64,000 nucleotides of DNA from a virus. The notes beneath the pieces were generated by a model. The model was not told the DNA's origin. It did not search any database and saw only the letters and a list, made by a program, of their open reading frames with translations. The position numbers and the translations under genes were made by a program. Numbering within the stretch: position 1 is the first letter of the stretch; each line of letters starts with the position of its first letter. The stretch lies in the IMG/VR virus record IMGVR_UViG_3300045988_112808. The stretch is one strand, 5' to 3'. Shown piece by piece: positions 48,280-58,035 of the stretch.

Positions 48280-48942
48280 TTAATCCCATCCTCCAGTAGT
48301 GTACAAAGATACATCTTCCTCCTCTACGTTTACCCCTTTAATAGCCTGTAGAAGTTTTTTCTTTGTCTCCCGGCACATATTGTAACCATATCCTTTATAC
48401 CGATATGAGCGCTCCCATGTGCTTACTGGAAAAGGAATATTTTCGTCAATGACCAGCCTCTTCATATGAAGATGTTCGAAGAATTTCTCATGATAGAGTA
48501 GTTTGTACTCGTATGCTACTATGCTTGCGGATGAGAATGGAAAATAATCATCTTCTTTTTCTTCGTATTTGGGCTCCTTATAGTAAGCCATTTTTGTCAC
48601 AGTAAAATCGAAGCTTCTAAGAATCTCTTTCGGCTTTCCAAACTCTGACTCTATGAACTCTATCCATACCTTTTCTCCCTCTTTCTGGAACGCACATACC
48701 TTCTCATTTCTGTACTTAAATTTCCATCCTTCTTTCTGATGTTTTTCATCATTGAACGAATCAATAGCCTCCTGAAAATCGCTTTCACTTTCAAAGAAAA
48801 TATCAATGTCTTTTACTCTTTCTCCGGAAAGGATATTTTTAAAACATCCACCAGCTATGAATCCTTTGTGGCCTTCCATATACTTGTCAAGCCATCTTAT
48901 TTGCCAGAAATTATCTGGAGTATCTATTACAAAATTATTCAT
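48280..48942 (-). CDS. Pol-beta-superfamily nucleotidyltransferase (CCA-adding/poly(A) polymerase head-domain-like)
   Basis: FIAGGCFKNILSGERVKDIDIFF fits GG.hR...LG....DhDh NTase motif. Confidence 0.5.
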   Translation of the reverse strand: MNNFVIDTPDNFWQIRWLDKYMEGHKGFIAGGCFKNILSGERVKDIDIFFESESDFQEAIDSFNDEKHQKEGWKFKYRNEKVCAFQKEGEKVWIEFIESEFGKPKEILRSFDFTVTKMAYYKEPKYEEKEDDYFPFSSASIVAYEYKLLYHEKFFEHLHMKRLVIDENIPFPVSTWERSYRYKGYGYNMCRETKKKLLQAIKGVNVEEEDVSLYTTGGWD

Positions 48943-48960
48943 ATTGTTTATGTTTTGCCG

Positions 48961-49215
48961 TTACCAAGCGAGATAAAAATTCCGCTTCACAATAATACAA
49001 TGAGTGTAATTACTCAGGTCGATTCCGTTGTCCGTAAATGCATCCAGGACCCGTTTTTCCACGTATTTGAGTTTTACTGTTATCCCCTTCTTAAACACTT
49101 CTATTAACTTCTCATTGCACTCAATAGGTCCAATAAGACAGTATCTATTCGAAGGACTGTCTGATATACAATATGTCTGACATCCTAACATGTTGCTTAA
49201 AATTACTTCGTTCAT
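48961..49215 (-). CDS. hypothetical protein (84 aa)
   Basis: ORF. Confidence 0.4.
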   Translation of the reverse strand: MNEVILSNMLGCQTYCISDSPSNRYCLIGPIECNEKLIEVFKKGITVKLKYVEKRVLDAFTDNGIDLSNYTHCIIVKRNFYLAW

Positions 49216-49222
49216 AATTTCT

Positions 49223-49699
49223 CTATGATTCTAATATGGTGTCTACAAACTCCGTTATTTTATCAACGGATTCTTTTGATAAGGTATATCTTCTCCAATC
49301 CCATCTAAAATGCGCTTTTGGGAGATTTTTAGTAGAATATTTTTCATTTCCGTCCTTGTTAGTCCATTCGTAATTATCCTCTGGATCCGCCACTTTTATC
49401 CCCGATTTAGGTCCGTTACGAAAGCTATATAGCATTCTTATAACCGATTCAAAATCCGAACCTATATCAAATAGCATATGATACGCCTTGTTTATTAAAG
49501 CCCTATCAGCTTGTTCCAAGTCTTCACCAAACAACTCTCTTACACTCCAATTTTTCATTTCTGAATAACGAATGAAATTAAGTTTCCCTTTTTCTATATT
49601 AGGATTTTTTCTTGATAATACAAGCTCCAAATCTTTCACAAATGATTCTTTTAGCTTCTGTTGTCCTAACAAGGCGGTGTATTTACTTACTATATCCAT
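49223..49699 (-). CDS. hypothetical protein (158 aa)
   Basis: ORF. Confidence 0.5.
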   Translation of the reverse strand: MDIVSKYTALLGQQKLKESFVKDLELVLSRKNPNIEKGKLNFIRYSEMKNWSVRELFGEDLEQADRALINKAYHMLFDIGSDFESVIRMLYSFRNGPKSGIKVADPEDNYEWTNKDGNEKYSTKNLPKAHFRWDWRRYTLSKESVDKITEFVDTILES

Positions 49700-49965
49700 T
49701 ATCCAAAGTTTTTTAATATTACTCCAAACGAATCATATTTAACCCCTAATATATCATGTGCCTTTTGGGATCCACATTCACATTTTCCTACCTTCTGTCC
49801 TGATCCACACCCGCATAAGCCTATTCCCCAATGGTTGATACAGTGGTCGCAGCAGTAGGACTGGTGAAGCCATGTGGCATCACCAGTATCCAAATCCAAT
49901 TTTTTCAAATGTTTCCCAAAACATGCTATTCGAAGCACTATTATCAAATCTGATAGTGACTGCAC
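49699..49965 (-). CDS. Cys-rich small protein (88 aa)
   Basis: CCDHCINHWGIGLCGCGSGQKVGKCECG. Confidence 0.4.
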   Translation of the reverse strand: MQSLSDLIIVLRIACFGKHLKKLDLDTGDATWLHQSYCCDHCINHWGIGLCGCGSGQKVGKCECGSQKAHDILGVKYDSFGVILKNFG

Positions 49966-50059
49966 CGCATTTACATTTTTGTATGTATTCTATTTTCATA
50001 TATGTTCCATTTTCAAAATATCTGGGGACAGATATTCTTGCAACTCCAATTTGCGTACA

Positions 50060-50791
50060 TTAAAGCGCCTCATCAGTTCCTAAAAGATGCTCGTTACCCT
50101 CAAAATGAATACAATAATCCCATAATGTTCCATTGGAACATTCGTACTTATAAGGCAATCCATTATAATCGTCCACAATTTCCCTTGCAAACAAACTGAT
50201 ATTCCATTTTTTATTTCCTTCTTTTCTTACCAGCACTTTATCAAACGGCTTAAACTCATATTTCGGTTTTTCTTCAATCCCGAAGAAGCGTTTCAGATAC
50301 TCTTTAGCTTCAGGTTCTTTGCTTGCCTTTAATGCGTCAACCAACTTTTGTCTTTCGGACTCAGTGGCAAATCTGTATTTTTCTATCTGATTTTCCCAAG
50401 CAGATAAACCATCTTCTATTTTAAGAATACCTTTTTGATTTAAAGAGGCATAAAAAGACGTTAAATATTTCCCATGTGTATTTAAAATAAAGATATAGCT
50501 ACCATCTTTATTACTTAACACCTCTCCATCTTTAAATGTAATATATTCTGGAACTTCAAGAAGGAGGCGATTTTCGCTGCTAAGTGCTTTTCCTGTAGCA
50601 GAAAACCAATCTGCCGATACAGAAATCGAATGAATTACAACCAATAACGGACAATTTGACGAATTGTCTTCATATACGATTTCTGCTCTATTTTGTCCTT
50701 TCTCTGTCACAATCCGACCTGCTATTTCCCCTATGTTTATTTTTTTCGCCATTTCTAAATCAAACGGAATTGTTACTGTTTTCTGTTCCAT
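50060..50791 (-). CDS. hypothetical protein, tandem paralog B (243 aa)
   Basis: Shares IPFDLEMAKKI N-terminus and KPFDKVLVRK...EGNEHLLGTDEAL C-terminus with upstream gene. Confidence 0.5.
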   Translation of the reverse strand: MEQKTVTIPFDLEMAKKINIGEIAGRIVTEKGQNRAEIVYEDNSSNCPLLVVIHSISVSADWFSATGKALSSENRLLLEVPEYITFKDGEVLSNKDGSYIFILNTHGKYLTSFYASLNQKGILKIEDGLSAWENQIEKYRFATESERQKLVDALKASKEPEAKEYLKRFFGIEEKPKYEFKPFDKVLVRKEGNKKWNISLFAREIVDDYNGLPYKYECSNGTLWDYCIHFEGNEHLLGTDEAL

Positions 50792-50795
50792 AATC

Positions 50796-51536
50796 TTATT
50801 TGTTTTTATTAGTTCCTAAAAGATGTTCGTTCCCTTCGTATGGGATACACTGACTAAATCCTACCCCTCCTAAGCATTCGTATTTATTATCTCCTACTGA
50901 TTCTCTGGAAAATAGATGCAATTTCCACCTCTCTTGGTTAGTTCTTCTCACCAGCACTCGTTCAAATGGTTTGAAGTCGCGTTTCGGCATCTCATCTAAT
51001 AGATACTCATATTCACTTAAATATCGTTTTATTATATCTATTTTTCTACTGTCTTCCGCTTTTATAATCTTTTCTGCTAAAAATTTCTTCTCTTCCTCTA
51101 TAGCCTTTCTTACATGCCGTTTTTTATCTTCATCATACACATCAGTCCATAATCCGCTATGATCAAACTCAATATCTCCAGATGTTACCATTCCACATAT
51201 ACTTCCCATTACCCCTTTGGTAATAAGTCCATCATATATAAATTGACATCCTTTAGTGCTTGTTAATACATCTCCTTTCTTAAAATACGCTCCAGCCTCT
51301 ACCCTCAATTCCAGAGTGGCGTCAGCAAAAGTACAACCTTCTGTGTTAGCATATATAGCACTTATCCCATATCCATCTTTTTTTACAAAAAGTAAATTAT
51401 AAGGACTTGTACAGTCTTTCGACTCATATACAAATTCTATTTCAATATCATTAATTAATACCGAACCTTCTATTTCTCCGCTTTTAATTTTTCTCGCCGT
51501 ATTTAAATCAAACGGAACAATAATTGGATTTTCCAT
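50796..51536 (-). CDS. hypothetical protein, tandem paralog A (246 aa)
   Basis: VPFDLNTARKI ... KPFERVLVRR...YEGNEHLLGTNKNK. Confidence 0.5.
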   Translation of the reverse strand: MENPIIVPFDLNTARKIKSGEIEGSVLINDIEIEFVYESKDCTSPYNLLFVKKDGYGISAIYANTEGCTFADATLELRVEAGAYFKKGDVLTSTKGCQFIYDGLITKGVMGSICGMVTSGDIEFDHSGLWTDVYDEDKKRHVRKAIEEEKKFLAEKIIKAEDSRKIDIIKRYLSEYEYLLDEMPKRDFKPFERVLVRRTNQERWKLHLFSRESVGDNKYECLGGVGFSQCIPYEGNEHLLGTNKNK

Positions 51537-51616
51537 ATCTTTTCGTTTTTAATTGTTATAAAACAGGATGGGTTACTTACGCCCATCCCAGTTGTTTCGC
51601 AATACTTTCCATCTCG

Positions 51617-52630
51617 CTATATGCAATCCGGTGGCATCCAGCGGTTAACAAATCGTTTTCGTACCGATTTAGACTCCACTGGTGGCCGGTGACGTCCTCC
51701 ACCAGACCGTGCCGAAACTCGGCGCATTGCCGACACAGCCCGCCACAGTTTTCTGGCTTCTGCTATTCCAATCTTTATCTGTTTACTTGTCTCAATAATA
51801 TTTCCTTTTATACGAATCCAGGCGTTAGGTTTTTCACCAGGAATATAGAAAGGTGTATTCAAGAAATTGATTTCTCCTGACTTCCACTCTTCCAGTTTTT
51901 CATCAAAATCCTTGTAACGGGCTTCTTCTTCCTTTCTTAATCTCTCTAATTTTATTCTTTCTCTTTCTTCCTCACCCTTTCTCCATCTTTCAGATCTTTC
52001 TGAATACTTAATCCATGTACCTTCCCCGCAAACTTCATCAACAATCACATTTACGGTCCCTAACACTTTTAATCCTTGATGATCTAATAAAATTTGAAAG
52101 ATGCGTTTTAATTCATGTACGTGCTTACGCTTGATACTATCTCCGCTCTTGGATAATTCATGATTGGTTCCAAGCCAATCATTAGCACTCTTTTTAAGGA
52201 TACTCTTAGCAGTCCCCATGTTAAAGAACTGAATGTAATCCATCATATTCCCAAAAGCGCCCCAAATATCTGTATAAGATAATTCTGTTTTAGCTCTTTT
52301 GTATTTTTCAATAGACTTCTTAATTGATTCCAGTTTGCTGGCAACAAACCTCATATTACCAGTATCCGATATATTATCCCCTACACTGAAAACCATTGCC
52401 CAAGTTGGTATCGCATTACGAACATAGCATTGATGTTTGCTCGTAGTAGCAGAATAATAATCTTCATTTATCAGGTATGCTTTCTTCCCTTGTTTGTTTT
52501 TTACTATTCTCCCGACTTCAAAGTGATGCCCATAAGAATAAATACTTGTACCTTCAAAGAAGAAATTGCTCCCTGATGCTGATTCTTCTTGTTCATGAGC
52601 CCACAAGTGAGCGACCATTGAATTGTTCAT
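51617..52630 (-). CDS. hypothetical protein (337 aa)
   Basis: ORF; Arg-rich GC-rich 3' end. Confidence 0.5.
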   Translation of the reverse strand: MNNSMVAHLWAHEQEESASGSNFFFEGTSIYSYGHHFEVGRIVKNKQGKKAYLINEDYYSATTSKHQCYVRNAIPTWAMVFSVGDNISDTGNMRFVASKLESIKKSIEKYKRAKTELSYTDIWGAFGNMMDYIQFFNMGTAKSILKKSANDWLGTNHELSKSGDSIKRKHVHELKRIFQILLDHQGLKVLGTVNVIVDEVCGEGTWIKYSERSERWRKGEEERERIKLERLRKEEEARYKDFDEKLEEWKSGEINFLNTPFYIPGEKPNAWIRIKGNIIETSKQIKIGIAEARKLWRAVSAMRRVSARSGGGRHRPPVESKSVRKRFVNRWMPPDCI

Positions 52631-52642
52631 ATAAATATCTTT

Positions 52643-53050
52643 TTAATTGTTTAACTTACCTTTATCATATGACATTCTCTTTTCGTATTTTTCAATACGT
52701 TCGGTTATCATATCGCAGAAGACTTGCCCCTCTTTTTCGGAACCTCTGAAGTAACCAACCATCTTCAGGATATTTCCGTCAAATTCATGGACAAACTTGT
52801 TATAATAATGTTCACCCATTACCCGTCCGTATTTTTCTACGAACAAATCCTTGTCCAGTGATTCATCCTTAAAGCAACGGTTGTAATCCCATCTTACGAT
52901 ACGAAACAATGTTTCAAAATTCAATCTTTCCATATCTTGTATTTTATGGATTTCCTCACATTCTTCATCCGTTAATCCAGTGTAATCATCATTGATTAAC
53001 GGACAAGCCCAACAAGATGGCAACCTGTATCTTATTACTTTTATGCTCAT
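52643..53050 (-). CDS. hypothetical protein (135 aa)
   Basis: ORF. Confidence 0.45.
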   Translation of the reverse strand: MSIKVIRYRLPSCWACPLINDDYTGLTDEECEEIHKIQDMERLNFETLFRIVRWDYNRCFKDESLDKDLFVEKYGRVMGEHYYNKFVHEFDGNILKMVGYFRGSEKEGQVFCDMITERIEKYEKRMSYDKGKLNN

Positions 53051-53496
53051 AGTTTTATTAATCTACAGTTACTATCTTCAAATACCGGAACCTTCCCTTG
53101 TTCTCTAAAATAAGCAGTGGCCACCTTGAAAGCATAAAGCGGATTTACTTTCTGGATTTCTTGTTGTGATTTATAGAAAGATACTGGCTGGCATACATAG
53201 AAATTTTCATTGCCAAGGCAACCGAAAAGCCAATCCATATCGGATCCACCGCAATTAGTACCTCCAAGTACGATTATATCGCACCCGGTCTTTCTTGTTC
53301 CCAAAATAAATGTCTTGTTCTTATTCTCTGGCTGCATAAATATCTCCCTGTCGATTATAAACCAGTCACTCTGGCAGCTCTCTACATCCCGGCGAACGAT
53401 TTCGTCAATTTCATGGGCATATTCTTCTTGTGTTTTCATAAGATATGTTATTAAAAAATGATAACTGAATGTATTTCTTAAAAGAAACTCCAACAA
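53047..53496 (-). CDS. hypothetical protein (149 aa)
   Basis: ORF; GCDIIVLGGTNCGGSDMDW segment not assigned. Confidence 0.45.
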   Translation of the reverse strand: MLEFLLRNTFSYHFLITYLMKTQEEYAHEIDEIVRRDVESCQSDWFIIDREIFMQPENKNKTFILGTRKTGCDIIVLGGTNCGGSDMDWLFGCLGNENFYVCQPVSFYKSQQEIQKVNPLYAFKVATAYFREQGKVPVFEDSNCRLIKL

Positions 53497-53548
53497 AATG
53501 TTACGATAAATTCTCCCATCCCGTATTCAGCAAGTTGCTTAAATGATT

Positions 53549-53890
53549 CTATCCCATTACAATAATAAAAACATCATCATTATCATCATCGTTGATACTC
53601 AGCGATAGTTTGATTGTCGCTCTTTTATCGTCTCCTGTCTCCTTCCATACAATCTGACATTCTACGTATTCAGGCTCCTTACCTGTTCTTTCTACAAATT
53701 CATGAAATCTTAAATCAATTTCATGTTTGACTTCTTCAACGTTAGATATTATTACCTCATTTTCACAATCCCCGCAAATAGCATGCGCGAAAGATCCATC
53801 AAAATAATCTATTATTTCTCTGGTATTCGGATTTACTATGGCTTCACAAGCAACCTTTGTTCCACCACATCTTGTACATATATATCCCAT
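53549..53890 (-). CDS. zinc-ribbon protein (113 aa)
   Basis: CTRCGG...C and CGDCENE. Confidence 0.45.
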   Translation of the reverse strand: MGYICTRCGGTKVACEAIVNPNTREIIDYFDGSFAHAICGDCENEVIISNVEEVKHEIDLRFHEFVERTGKEPEYVECQIVWKETGDDKRATIKLSLSINDDDNDDVFIIVMG

Positions 53891-54103
53891 AATTATCTTC
53901 TTTTAAAATGTTCAATAATTTCATCTACTGTAACCTTACGCCATGTGATGCAGCCCGCGTCTCCCCTGAACCGGAGCTCTTCGCACTTTACCCCACCTGT
54001 CTCCTGTGGCGTCCGTCACTATCAGCCGTTGACCTGAATCAGTATTATTTGTAATTCTTTGGTGTTCTTTCTGATAATACACCCTCATGATCTCCCCATC
54101 TCC

Positions 54104-54904
54104 TTATTCTTTCAAGTTATGTTTTTTCATTATTTCTTCTATCAATTCGTCTGTTTCCATATAATAATCCCAACAGGAATCAACCTCTTCCCATTCTTCT
54201 CCCTCTTCATCCTCCCTGGATTCATCTTTGTATTTCTTGACAAATTTCACTTTCTTTTCAAGCACATACCCCTTTACATCTCCCCACATCCACATACCTA
54301 TGAATTTCACTTCATCATCAATCAATTTGTCAATTTGGGTTTTCCAATCGGAAGTATTATTACTAACCATTTTTGTGTACCTCTCCTTTGTACAGAAAGC
54401 TATACCTTTAACATAATCCCATTGACTGTATCCTGTTGTGGACCATTCTTTGACAAATATATCTTTGCCTAAGTCTGAAAGAATCTGAATCAATTCTTTA
54501 CATCCTAAGTCTTCTATAAATTCATACGTATAATCATACGTGTAAAGATCTGATGGAGAAATGCTAAAAATTTCTTTATAATACCACATTTTATCATGGT
54601 TATCATATCTCAGTTGATAACCGTCAATCTTGCCTTTCTTAAAATAATTCAGCAAGTCTTTCCATTTAACATATTTACTAATAAGTTTATGTAGTGCATC
54701 TATAAGCGAGTGTCGACTATCTCCGTATTTACCAAATACTTCTCTCCAATCGCACACATCTTGCAGTTGGTATGAATCGCTATATTCCCATAAGAAATAT
54801 GCTGCCATATCCCAACTTTCACAAGGACATATACTGTCAGTATCATAGTATATTTTTATACGATAATTCCCTACTTCTTTTGTTGTAATAAGTCTGTCTT
54901 CCAT
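54104..54904 (-). CDS. hypothetical protein (266 aa)
   Basis: ORF. Confidence 0.5.
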   Translation of the reverse strand: MEDRLITTKEVGNYRIKIYYDTDSICPCESWDMAAYFLWEYSDSYQLQDVCDWREVFGKYGDSRHSLIDALHKLISKYVKWKDLLNYFKKGKIDGYQLRYDNHDKMWYYKEIFSISPSDLYTYDYTYEFIEDLGCKELIQILSDLGKDIFVKEWSTTGYSQWDYVKGIAFCTKERYTKMVSNNTSDWKTQIDKLIDDEVKFIGMWMWGDVKGYVLEKKVKFVKKYKDESREDEEGEEWEEVDSCWDYYMETDELIEEIMKKHNLKE

Positions 54905-54917
54905 GTTTTTTTATATT

Positions 54918-55370
54918 TTAAATAGTTTTTAACTTCTCATCAATAAATGCATCTATTACATCATAGTATGAACCATTAAAATCATAATTTTCATATTTTT
55001 CCGTAAACTCTTTAGCCCACTCTCGAATGATGTTAAATGCCTGTTCCCTGCTATATTCTTTTGGTCCTGTTAGATACTCCACAGCTTCCACCGATAACTC
55101 TTGCAGATTTCGTAAGTAATTTAAACCAATGCTATATGGTAGCTTACCTACTTCTATACATACATGATGATCTTGTTTAAAGGCGTCCTGCAAGTCTTCA
55201 GGACTCTCTATCAATGACTCAGACTCATCATCTACCCTCACCTTGTATAACTCAAAATCTTCATTTTCTGCCGACACCCATATCTTGTAGGCTTTTTCGT
55301 TGGACAATCTTTTCCAAACAAATCCGTCGCTGAATACAATCAGGCTACCTGTTACTATCGTTCCTTTCAT
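54918..55370 (-). CDS. hypothetical protein (150 aa)
   Basis: ORF. Confidence 0.5.
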   Translation of the reverse strand: MKGTIVTGSLIVFSDGFVWKRLSNEKAYKIWVSAENEDFELYKVRVDDESESLIESPEDLQDAFKQDHHVCIEVGKLPYSIGLNYLRNLQELSVEAVEYLTGPKEYSREQAFNIIREWAKEFTEKYENYDFNGSYYDVIDAFIDEKLKTI

Positions 55371-55651
55371 TTTTCTTCCTCCTCATTATCCCATCCTAAA
55401 CAAGAATCTAAATGTGAAATAAAAATTGTAGCTCCCTTATTTTCTTCCACAGTAGGATACTCTACCTCATAATAGTCAAATTCAGAGCTCTCTAATCCGA
55501 CCCTATCTTCATCCCATCCATTTTTGGTTCCATCCTCTGCCATTTCTTTAAGCTTTTCCAAAGCCTCTTCTGGTGTTTCTGCTTCAATGGATAATCTATC
55601 TTTCATCCATCCATAAACTCTTCTTTCTACTTCAAATATAAATTCTTTCAT
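55367..55651 (-). CDS. hypothetical acidic protein (94 aa)
   Basis: ORF. Confidence 0.45.
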   Translation of the reverse strand: MKEFIFEVERRVYGWMKDRLSIEAETPEEALEKLKEMAEDGTKNGWDEDRVGLESSEFDYYEVEYPTVEENKGATIFISHLDSCLGWDNEEEEK

Positions 55652-55691
55652 TTCGCTATTTTTTTTTGTTTATTATATTTCACATCTTGTA

Positions 55692-56012
55692 TCAAATAAC
55701 CTCCTTGGAAGCATTATTTAATGGTGATTCCTTCAATCTCTTTAGATTAAATCCTATCATATTCCCACACTGTGGACACTTAAAACCATAAGGTTCACTA
55801 ACCATCCTGTCACTTCTGTTGCACATCATACAGTATGGTCGCCATCCGTCATACCATGTCCCTCCCTTGGCTTCCTTCAATCTTCTCAACTTTTCTTTTT
55901 CTGGAAGATCTATATTCTGTTTTAGTGTTTCCATTAATCTGTTGTTTACCGTGATAATATCAATATCTGAGACATCAAAACATAATACGGCTATTTTGAT
56001 TTTCGCTTCCAT
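55692..56012 (-). CDS. zinc-ribbon protein (106 aa)
   Basis: CMMCNRSD...CPQCG. Confidence 0.45.
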   Translation of the reverse strand: MEAKIKIAVLCFDVSDIDIITVNNRLMETLKQNIDLPEKEKLRRLKEAKGGTWYDGWRPYCMMCNRSDRMVSEPYGFKCPQCGNMIGFNLKRLKESPLNNASKEVI

Positions 56013-56018
56013 GATTGT

Positions 56019-56198
56019 TTATTGTTCTACATCAATAATCCCATACTCTGCTACTTCCAACACATCCTGCACTATTTCCGGATAGTCAGTCGTATCTAAC
56101 GAAGCATCTTGAACGTATGCTTCCGCTAATTTCTTGGCTTCTTCAAACGATTCGGCTTGTATATATAAATCAAGCGTCAATGAAAACGGATATAACAT
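56019..56198 (-). CDS. small hypothetical protein (59 aa, just below track cutoff)
   Basis: ATG ORF MLYPFSLTLDLYIQAESFEEAKKLAEAYVQ...; fills gap between two called genes. Confidence 0.35.
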   Translation of the reverse strand: MLYPFSLTLDLYIQAESFEEAKKLAEAYVQDASLDTTDYPEIVQDVLEVAEYGIIDVEQ

Positions 56199-56200
56199 AG

Positions 56201-56515
56201 CTAATCTGTTATTCTGTAATAATAATCAAGTTCTTCTCCCTTAAAGTTGTTCATGGCATACTCGTCAGCTTCCCGCCACAACCGGTCATACAATGCAGCC
56301 AGTTCACGATTGCTTTTATAATGTTGCCAGATTTTATGATTCAATACCAGCGTCAATTCTGTAAAGAACTTATAATCGTCTTTCCATTCGCTGAACGCAC
56401 GTTTGTAGGTATCTTTGACACCTGCTATACCATACTTGTCGGCTATGCTGAAATCTTCCCAAAAGGTAGTTATCAGGTCATAGCCATTCTCCTGCATAAA
56501 TTCTCGAAATGTCAT
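56201..56515 (-). CDS. hypothetical protein (104 aa)
   Basis: ORF. Confidence 0.45.
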   Translation of the reverse strand: MTFREFMQENGYDLITTFWEDFSIADKYGIAGVKDTYKRAFSEWKDDYKFFTELTLVLNHKIWQHYKSNRELAALYDRLWREADEYAMNNFKGEELDYYYRITD

Positions 56516-56522
56516 ATCCTAA

Positions 56523-57218
56523 CTATTTAAAGGCAATTCCATAATTACTCCAAAACTTTACTTGTTGAGACAAATTCCACGGCATAGTGTTGTATGCTTG
56601 AAAATATTCCCACTCGATTTTATCCTCAAAGCCGGGACAATGATGTTTGACGTAAGCATAAAACTCATCATGCTTCTGTTTTGCAAAATCATCCCCTTCT
56701 TCATCCAGCATGACAATTTTTGGTTTGTTTGCCTCCCGACATTGTTTTGCGGTTTGATAGAATCGCCGAAAGTGTTCGGCATAATACTCGTTTCCGCTAT
56801 AATCAACGAAGGTAACTTTACCTCCATAAATTTTGCAAACCCTTAAAGGTTCCCGTGTTGCTCTCTTTACCGGTCTTGAACCATCCCATAGCCAACCACA
56901 GAACTGTATGCCATCCCAGACAAGATACGGTAAGTATTTTAAAGAAAAAGACTCTATATTCAACACCTCATATTGTACAGGATTAGTTTCTTGTGCTGCA
57001 TCTTCAGCGGTTTTGTATATGGGCATACTTACCTTAAATTTTTCCTCTCCCAATTTGCTGCCAAACCAAAAGATATGTTCGGTATCCACGTTGTTTCCAC
57101 AAATACCGGTATCTTTTATTCTCATGCCGCGATATTCTGCTTCACGAATCACTCCGTTTCTGTGCATAAATACCCTTGTTCCAAAGGGGAACGGGTAAAC
57201 TGATACTTTTCTTTCCAT
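56523..57218 (-). CDS. hypothetical protein (231 aa)
   Basis: ORF. Confidence 0.5.
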   Translation of the reverse strand: MERKVSVYPFPFGTRVFMHRNGVIREAEYRGMRIKDTGICGNNVDTEHIFWFGSKLGEEKFKVSMPIYKTAEDAAQETNPVQYEVLNIESFSLKYLPYLVWDGIQFCGWLWDGSRPVKRATREPLRVCKIYGGKVTFVDYSGNEYYAEHFRRFYQTAKQCREANKPKIVMLDEEGDDFAKQKHDEFYAYVKHHCPGFEDKIEWEYFQAYNTMPWNLSQQVKFWSNYGIAFK

Positions 57219-57268
57219 ATTGTTTTATTTATAAATTAAAATTCAGCAATATAACTATATACATAATT

Positions 57269-58024
57269 TTATTTTCCCCAGCACCAAAAATTTACAGCGT
57301 ATTTCCCGGTAGTTATAAATATCTTACCTCCTCCTATCTCCGCAAGTATGTTCTTTCCAAATATCCTTGTAAGAAGCGGTATATACTTTGCATCTATAGG
57401 TAAATCCTGGATTTCTTTTATAGGTCTATATGGCACAAACGCTTTGTTCTCATATACCATCTCAATATACAATCCATCCGGTGATTCAAACACGTCTTTC
57501 CCTTTCTGTCTCATCCCAGATCGTATTATCCGTTCTTTCCAAGATTGAATATATGATTTTCTAAGGGTCTCATTTATCTTATTAATGACCTCTTCCTTAA
57601 ATTCGTAATACTCATATATACGACCTTTGTAGTCAGCTATCATTTCTTCAATCTTACTTTCGGATGCCCATAATCCATAATACACATAGCAATCCAATAA
57701 TCTATCTACTGAAGAAACACCAATCAGTACCATTTTAGAAAGTGGATTTCCCTCTTTTTCCAATTCTTCTCTTGCTCTGTCTGTCACCGCATCCCACCAT
57801 TGCCCTTCACACTTCTCTATCTCCCCGTTGTCAAGTACGATATCGAACTTTCTACCTCCGAAAGCTTCTCTTCTCTCATTTCTCTTTGCAAGGAAATCAT
57901 AGAATACACCTCCTATCCTTCCAATAATGGTATCATCTCCGTACTTTGTGCTAATTTTATCAGGCATTTCGTCGAAGACAAGAAACTTCGATTTTCCTGA
58001 TTCTACTAAGTATAATAGCTTCAT
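57269..58024 (-). CDS. hypothetical protein (251 aa)
   Basis: ORF. Confidence 0.5.
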   Translation of the reverse strand: MKLLYLVESGKSKFLVFDEMPDKISTKYGDDTIIGRIGGVFYDFLAKRNERREAFGGRKFDIVLDNGEIEKCEGQWWDAVTDRAREELEKEGNPLSKMVLIGVSSVDRLLDCYVYYGLWASESKIEEMIADYKGRIYEYYEFKEEVINKINETLRKSYIQSWKERIIRSGMRQKGKDVFESPDGLYIEMVYENKAFVPYRPIKEIQDLPIDAKYIPLLTRIFGKNILAEIGGGKIFITTGKYAVNFWCWGK

Positions 58025-58035
58025 GATTTATCTCT

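Noticed and set aside
51524-51880. 118-aa + strand ORF in a GC-rich patch
   Set aside because: Antisense to the 3' end of 51617-52630. GC-rich sequence lowers stop-codon frequency in all frames.
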